Shown piece after piece: positions 24,227 to 30,752 of a DNA stretch of 30,752 nucleotides. The position numbers and the translations under genes are program-made. The DNA comes from Trichinella spiralis (lineage: Eukaryota). Within the stretch, counting starts at the first letter, position 1. The number at the start of each line of letters is the position of its first letter. The DNA lies in the NCBI RefSeq assembly GCF_000181795.1, contig NW_003526945.1, positions 4,626,247 through 4,656,998 on the forward strand. The letters run 5' to 3'. The notes below the pieces were generated by a model, which was given only the letters and a program-made list of their open reading frames with translations, searched no databases and had not been told where the DNA came from.

Positions 24227-26165
24227 ATATGTTGCAGCACATCTACGAGCATTTCGCTACAATGTTCGGCAGCATCTGTTCCGCAGGTGGATATCGCAGT
24301 TGTTCATCCTTTATCACCGGTGTCACTTTGCAGTGAACTAGTATCTGATGTCGATGTGTTTGCTTCTCGCGTGGAATACTGGGTTCCTTGCCAGTTTGAG
24401 TGCACCTTGTTTGCCACTATGCAAATTTACTGACTTGCTTATGCCGGTTATTTCTTCGATCCTTCCGTTTGAGGTGCACTGCTTCCTTGCATACTTCTGA
24501 CAATGCCATATACTCTGCCTCCGTACTGGACAGTGCAACGGTTCTTTTGTTTCCTTGATTCCCAGCTGATCGCGGCATTGCCAAATTTGAAAACGTAACC
24601 AGCGTAGAATCTGCAGTTATCAGAATTTCCGCCCCAGTCAGCGTTTGAAAATCTCATGAGGGCTCTTGGTGAGTTTCTCTGGAAACGCAGTCCATAATTT
24701 TCTGTCTTCTTCAAAGAGCAAAGGACACTTCAGCCACAGTCCATTGCTGCTTGCCATAATTCTCATTGAATTAACTGAGTAGACTTACGGCGAACGCATT
24801 ATCTTGGAGGGTAGATAGGTTGAGGTGCATCAGCGACTTAATCAGCATCGGCAGCTTTTCTTTGCCCATCTTTCATACCAAATAGCTTTTCACACCCAGC
24901 TTAGGAGGCTCTTTTCATTCAGATGATTTAAGGTGTCTGTGTCATTCCATTAATGGAGGGACATTGCTTTCAGCGATAGCTGCTATAAACGACGGACTTT
25001 CGACACAGTACAAATCACAGTCCTTGTACGCGACCAAAACCGTTCCAAGGTTGGGGTTTGTAATTATGGCGGAATTTTCTTGGAAGATCACTTCGAATCC
25101 CTTATTTTTGCAACTGAAAGTAGATTCGACCTAAGGTCAGGGACGTAGAGTGTGTTGTCCAGCTGAACGCTTCTCAAACCGTCGCTGCTTGGGATTTCCA
25201 AGTTAGCCGCTCCAGTTCCGTTAATATCAGTCGATTTGCTATTCGCAAAGCTCAATGCTCGTTTCATAGTTTTCATGGAGTGAAATATTTCCTTGTTAGA
25301 GCACATATGAAATGCTGCTGCTGATTCTAAGGACCATTTCGAATGGGATCGGCCGCCTATGCGAAGGGAAATCTCAGACGTTCTGTCCGGGTAGCTGTTC
25401 TGATGGGATCATTTGAGTGTTTCTTCACTGCTGCTGTGGCTGACGAGCAAAGTTTGATCTCGGCAATCTTTCGCCATGTGTCCTACTCTCCAAGGCGATG
25501 GCACTTATATTTGAACCATTTTTCACTGTCTTTCGGATGAGATTACTCAATCGGAGGCTGAGTATTTTTCAACTGAGACTTCCTTCTGGTAAACATAGAG
25601 CATCATCATGTTTCGATTCTCTGTTCTTGCGGGCTTCATATTCTTCCAACAATTTAATCTGTAAGCCTTCTGGTTTCGGCAACTAGTCGTGAGATTCTAT
25701 CGCAATTCGAAAGCTTTCATGCGAATCTGGAATAGCGTAAAGCATGAGAATCGAAAGTAGGTCATCTGCTATCTCCAAGTCCATGGCCTTCAAATTGGCA
25801 ACAAAATTGAAGAATTCCTTCAGGAAAACATTCATGCTTTGTTCCTCATTCATTTTGTTGAGAATGAGGCGTTTCAGCTTTTGCCTTATGCCCATTTAAG
25901 TGCGGCTTCCAATGATGATTTGTCATCTTTGACAATTTTCCACCTTCGTTTTGTGCCGCTCACAAAACTTCCCAAAGATCGGTCTTGACTAATATAGCGT
26001 GAGCCTGCAATTTCCACGTCTCGTAGTTTTCCTTACCGAATGGCTCGATTTTCACGGTGGTGTTCATGACGAATGCAGTGTGAGAGTAAACGTTAACGTA
26101 CAAAGGACAATGTTTTCCACTGGATACAGACAACAATCAATTCGTCTTACCGCAGAGGAAGCCTG

Positions 26166-26179
26166 CTGGGCCCATAACT
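26166..26179 (-). other. Primer-binding site, half-tRNAiMet type
   Basis: The minus strand reads AGTTATGGGCCCAG directly after the LTR end ...GGAACA, one mismatch from the Drosophila copia-type GGTTATGGGCCCAG. Confidence 0.8.
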
Positions 26180-26419
26180 TGTTCCATATTTACGTGAGAT
26201 TCGTCTCAGTGATCAGTTAACGTACATCAGTATAGAGTCTGCTGCTATTTACTGACCAAATACAAACGAACACGCAATACGAGCGCGTTAAACTACAGTA
26301 AATACAACACACCGACTTCTGACATGGACACGTGACAAGGAATATCAATACAGTAGGAATATAAAGATAGTTAAGCATAATGATTCTACTACCGTAACAG
26401 GAAATTTTCTCAATCAACA
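26180..26419 (-). repeat. 5' LTR of the copia element (about 240 bp)
   Basis: TGTT/AACA termini, adjacent to the PBS, homologous to the split left LTR. The outer boundary is approximate. Confidence 0.75.
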
Positions 26420-29155
26420 ATTTGTACGAACAATAGTTTTTAGTGAATAATGTTAAAAATAATTTTTACATTTAATTTAACCTATAAAAATAATTTTATC
26501 ATTATTCTGTATTTCATTGTATTACAGTAACGTCATATAAAATGTTACAGTAATTACTCAGCCAAAACAACGCAAAAAAATAATATGTTCAATAGTGATT
26601 ATTTTTCACTATCGAACAGCAGCAACAACATCAGTAAATAACAACCAAACTAAAGTAATCTCAAATAACAAGGAATACATGCTGTACATTCAGCGCATAA
26701 TAATACATGTAAACATCTCCAATATTTCTCTTTTTTACGAGTGTTTAATTTGCATACCCTAAAAAGGACATGCTACGTACCACGATTTAGTACAAGGCAT
26801 AGTTCAGATATATTAGCTATATTGAGTACAAGGGACGGAACAGAAAAATAAAACTTTCCTCAACCTGAGAACTTATATGCTGTTCGAAAAGGTGTCAACA
26901 AACAGTTGTTTCCGCCCGTCAGATAAAATATATGCTATTTTACTAGTTTTATGCATATGGTGCATACACCTTTGTCAGAAACTATTCAAGTTTCTTGTCA
27001 CATTGGATGAATTGAAAATTGCGATATAAGCACAAAAGGAAATGATAAATTGACCACAGCTGAAGCTGTTCAGCTAAAAATAGCAGTGGCAACTGCTAAA
27101 TCTTAGCATCGAAATATTTTTCTGATTTGAGCGTACCTGATTTCTTCAAATTTTTTTCGTTGCCACCAAAGAATTTGGATTTTTACAAAGTTTCCTTTTC
27201 ATCATCGACCAGTGTAATTGCGTTTATTTCTCGGTTTTATTTGAATGAAAAATAAAAATATGGAATTTGATTTACATAGAAAAAGTTATTTATACATTTT
27301 GTGTAATTTGTGTAAATTGTGTTTTTCAAGATACAAACTAAACTGGGATATCGAACATTAAGTTGCCATTGCTTTACCATTTGCATTTGCAACCGTTGGC
27401 AACATTGGAACTTGTATTTCAACGATACAAGAAATGTTGAACATTCAATAACAAATGCATTGACTATGATTTAGCTGATCAATGCATTTTCATATAATTT
27501 TAACCAACAACAGATAACAAACAACATTGATTTTCTATCTATATTTCTCCATCACACATGTAGATTATCCATCTTATCTCTGCGATAACGCTGATCTTAT
27601 CTCTTATGGGTTATAACTGTCGGCAGGCGTAAAGCATGGATTTGTTTTTCATATAGAAAAACATTGTAAACATTAAAGTAAAAAATCCATGATATTAAAC
27701 AAGAAACACTTTTTTCACAAAATACGTAGATAATCTGTTTTTTTACAATTCAAATTCCAGATTTTGTTTTTTAAAATAAAGGAAGTTAGATGACATTCCA
27801 TTGAACAATATCTAGACTCACGGGTAAGACAAAGTTTCTTTTTCCCGGTGTTTTCCTTATTTTAGTGAGAGCTAATATATATAAACAAGATTTTGTTTAA
27901 GGGTTGAGTTTCCATAAGTTTATTGATATAAAACAAAATTGTTTTCATACTCTACCAGACTCATTTTGAGGATTTAAGGAATTTATTCCAAATTTTACGA
28001 CAACTCAGTCATATTTATGATTATGATTATTATCATTATTATGTATATAAAGATTAATAAACAAAGATAAATTCAGTCGCATCAAGAGACTGGAAAAACG
28101 ACATTGCATTATCAAAAATATATTTATTAATATTATTAAAGAAAATATAGCTTATAATTAAATGACAACTTTTCGCATTAGAATCTTTTCTGAACTTCTA
28201 TTTAACCTCCCTGATTTTCACAAATGCAAAAAAACGAGTTCGGCCATTTGATTTTATATCTAGTCATTTCAAAGTTATTTGAATATTTCTCAATCTCTTG
28301 TGTGGCAAATTAACGGCATTTATTTGAGCGTCTGTTAGAAGTGCCGATAACAAACAAGCTAATTATACTTTTTGCATTGTTCAAATTTTTGAAGTCAATC
28401 CTTCTGTAGCAGATAGTTTATTTGGCAACAGGGATTCTTGGAAGTGAACAATCGTACATTGGGGATCACATTACCAGTGGCTCGTATAAAAGCTGTTATA
28501 TCATGGCACAGGTATCATGTCATGTGAGAGCCCATTTTTCAAGTGAAAAGCACTTATAAATGGAATGCAAGTAGAACAATTAATTGTTGGCAAATTAGCA
28601 TACAAAGCATACCAATATTGTCAGAGACGGAGAATATTTTCTGAATAAAAATAGTATTGGTTCTGTTGAAACGCATTAATTTGAAAAATTTGCATTTTCC
28701 ACGTGAATTATTTTGAATTTTTGATTTCAAATTAGTTTCACTTTTTTCCACAAATACTGTCTGTCATAGAGTATCAGTTCCAATTATTACTAACAACAAC
28801 AACAACAACAGTGCATTAAAATGAATATTCCCACCCATCTAAAACAATGATATAAAAAATTTATTTCAAATTTTCCTACACCATAGATACATTTATTACT
28901 ATTATTATTATTATATTTGTTGTTATTATTATTTAAATGGTGTTTTTAATCAAAAATTTCATCATCGTTTCATCAGCATCGACCCACCGGAAAACTGGTT
29001 TTGCAGCAGTTGAAGATGAGTATTATCAGTTAAAATTTGTAACATAACGAAGAATAGATTGCTGTTGAGGGAATAACGAAAATTTTTGACCAGGTAGAAA
29101 AAAAGTTGGGCAAAATGGCGGGCGGGCGGTTTACTTTTAATCGACTAAAAGTTGC

Positions 29156-29169
29156 GTTGCCATGGCAAC
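29156..29169. promoter_or_regulatory. Perfect palindromic X-box GTTGCCATGGCAAC
   Basis: Exact RFX consensus palindrome; AAAATGGCGG lies upstream at 29112-29121. Confidence 0.75.
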
Positions 29170-29469
29170 ACAACCCATTAGTTAAGTTTAAATAAAAAAA
29201 CATCTTTACAGTACACGCAATCAAGTAAAAGCAACAACAATTATTATAATATTTTATTAATATTTATTATAAAAATAATTTATTTTTCCGTTATTATCAT
29301 CAATTATGGCATCATGGAAAGTAAAAGTTGAAACTATTTTATCTGCAATTTGATAATTTGAAATATTTTCAAATTTAAGAAAATAATTAGCATCATAAAT
29401 GAAAAATTATAAATGTGATAATAAGATGGATAATAAGATATCCGATCAGTAAATTATGCATTTTGAACT

Positions 29470-30446
29470 TCATTCATCGTCGTCGTCGTCGTCGTCATCA
29501 TCCTCTACAGAAGCTGGTCGTCCAATAACAGCATAAGTTTCCAACGGAACGGGATCATTGATGGTTACGATTTCCAAAATGCTGTGCAGAGATTTTTCCA
29601 CAAATATTGCCACTGCATCTTGCCAAGTACCCGGAAAAGTTTTTCTCAATGACTCCAAGGTGACCTCAAGGCGCGTCTCCAAGCTGCTTTCTGCTGAAAA
29701 TTCGGCAACAGTTCTAAAAAATGCATAAATTCTTCATATCTTTTAGGATTGATGTATATAAGTTTATAAATATTATTATGAATATTAAGAAAAGTGATAA
29801 AAATTTTCATATGTGAGTATACAAATATAAATTTTATTTAAAATTATTTTAAAAACGATTGTTGAATCTGTTTATGACAATTTCATTCATACTTGTAGGT
29901 TTTATCAATATTATATCCACTTTCAGCAACGAGCGACTGAAATTTTTCATGCTTTTCAAATGCTGCATTTGTTAAGCTCAAACCTCCGTCTATTTTGATG
30001 TTCAAAGCATTCTGACCTACTTTTACTGGACCTTGGTATCCTTATGAAAATAATTAGCATATTATCAAATAGATGATGATCGTTCGTATTTGCTTAATGT
30101 TACCATTAATGAATGCGGCAGCTGCAGTAAGACACTTAAAATTTGGGGCGGAAATAACATTGGTGACATTGTAGGGCACATCAGTCATTTCCATGCCCAT
30201 CGTTACTGATGTTGATTCTATGCCTGTCATAATCGGGCCGCTGGATCCGTGCGGCTTTTTTCCCACTGAAAGTGGACTTCGGTAAATATCTTTCTCTTAG
30301 AAGAGATTTTCATTACTGTATTAATTAATACCTTTCTCAGCATATCGAGGTGGAAGATCGACTTCTTTAACAAAAACAAACCACATCAGTTGAACGGAAC
30401 CCCAACAATAAACCATGGAGTCAAAAATTTCCAAATTTTCCGACAT
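29470..30446 (-). CDS. Array copy D, 222 aa; exons 30446-30332, 30265-30104, 30040-29893, 29713-29470
   Basis: MSENLEIFDSMVYCWGSVQLMWFVFVKE...VTNVISAPNFKCLTAAAAFING...LNIKIDGGLS...SGYNIDKTY...AVAIFVEKSLHSIL...VEDDDDDDDDDE*. Intact frame. Confidence 0.8.
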
Positions 30447-30752
30447 TCTCGCTTCGATTTCTCACCGCTTTCGGTAAGCCTGCTCAGAACAAAAGAATTG
30501 CTGTTGAAAGAAATTAAAGCTAAAGCCGATCTTATTTAAACTTTTAGTTGCTTCAAAATTACATTAAAACAAATGTGCTTTAATTTAAAGTTTATAAACA
30601 GTGAATGTTTCTCAATCGATATTTACATAAATATTAATTATTGATTATTTATAATATAAATATTATTAATTCTGTCGTCACAGGAAAAATGTTCATTATC
30701 AAAAATATTTTACACTAATATAATGCAAGAAAAATACAGTCATTTTATTTTT

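Larger units (their letters stand above)
23703..26419 (-). mobile_element. Decayed, internally deleted Ty1/copia LTR retrotransposon
   Basis: 5' LTR about 26419-26180 (TGTT...AACA); PBS AGTTATGGGCCCAG; gag/UBN2-like LLSILMLYAIPDSHESFRIAIES; frameshifted CCHC knuckle at about 25463-25510; protease WSLESAAAFHMCSN...LYVPDLRSNLLSV; RT 3' end; RNase H FSNADWGG..GYVFKFGNAAISWESRKQ..ARNPVFHARSKHIDIRY. The 3' LTR is split (about 23703-23910 and 24176-24226). Confidence 0.92.

Noticed and set aside
23698..26424. Target-site duplication of the copia element
   Set aside because: The flanks ATACT and ATTTG do not match; the boundaries are eroded.
29473..29503. (TCG/TCA)n as a separate repeat element
   Set aside because: It encodes the poly-Asp tail of copy D.

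Overview
AT-rich eukaryotic genomic DNA with short spliceosomal introns (TTTTAG/TTTCAG acceptors). The style suggests a nematode, plausibly Trichinella-like; this is inference only. Exons were joined by hand with phase-consistent splice sites. Left half: a 9-exon STAR/KH RNA-binding protein of Sam68/KHDRBS type (-), a small 2-exon type-I membrane protein (+), a 5-exon CX-module/Shisa-like membrane adaptor (-), an intronless divergent CFAP20/BUG22 (+), and a 6-exon SRAP/HMCES gene with a GC-AG intron and C-terminal PIP box (+). Right half: a tandem array of four intact 4-exon paralogues (-, about 222-226 aa). They resemble the Sts-1/UBASH3/EPPase histidine-phosphatase fold but lack the catalytic RHG, Arg and His residues. 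Each is followed 3' by a conserved non-coding module with an RFX/DAF-19 X-box, and three of the four modules also carry AAAATGGCGG. The array also holds a decayed, internally deleted Ty1/copia element, dispersed 24-25 bp phased CCAAT arrays and the likely scar of a deleted fifth copy.
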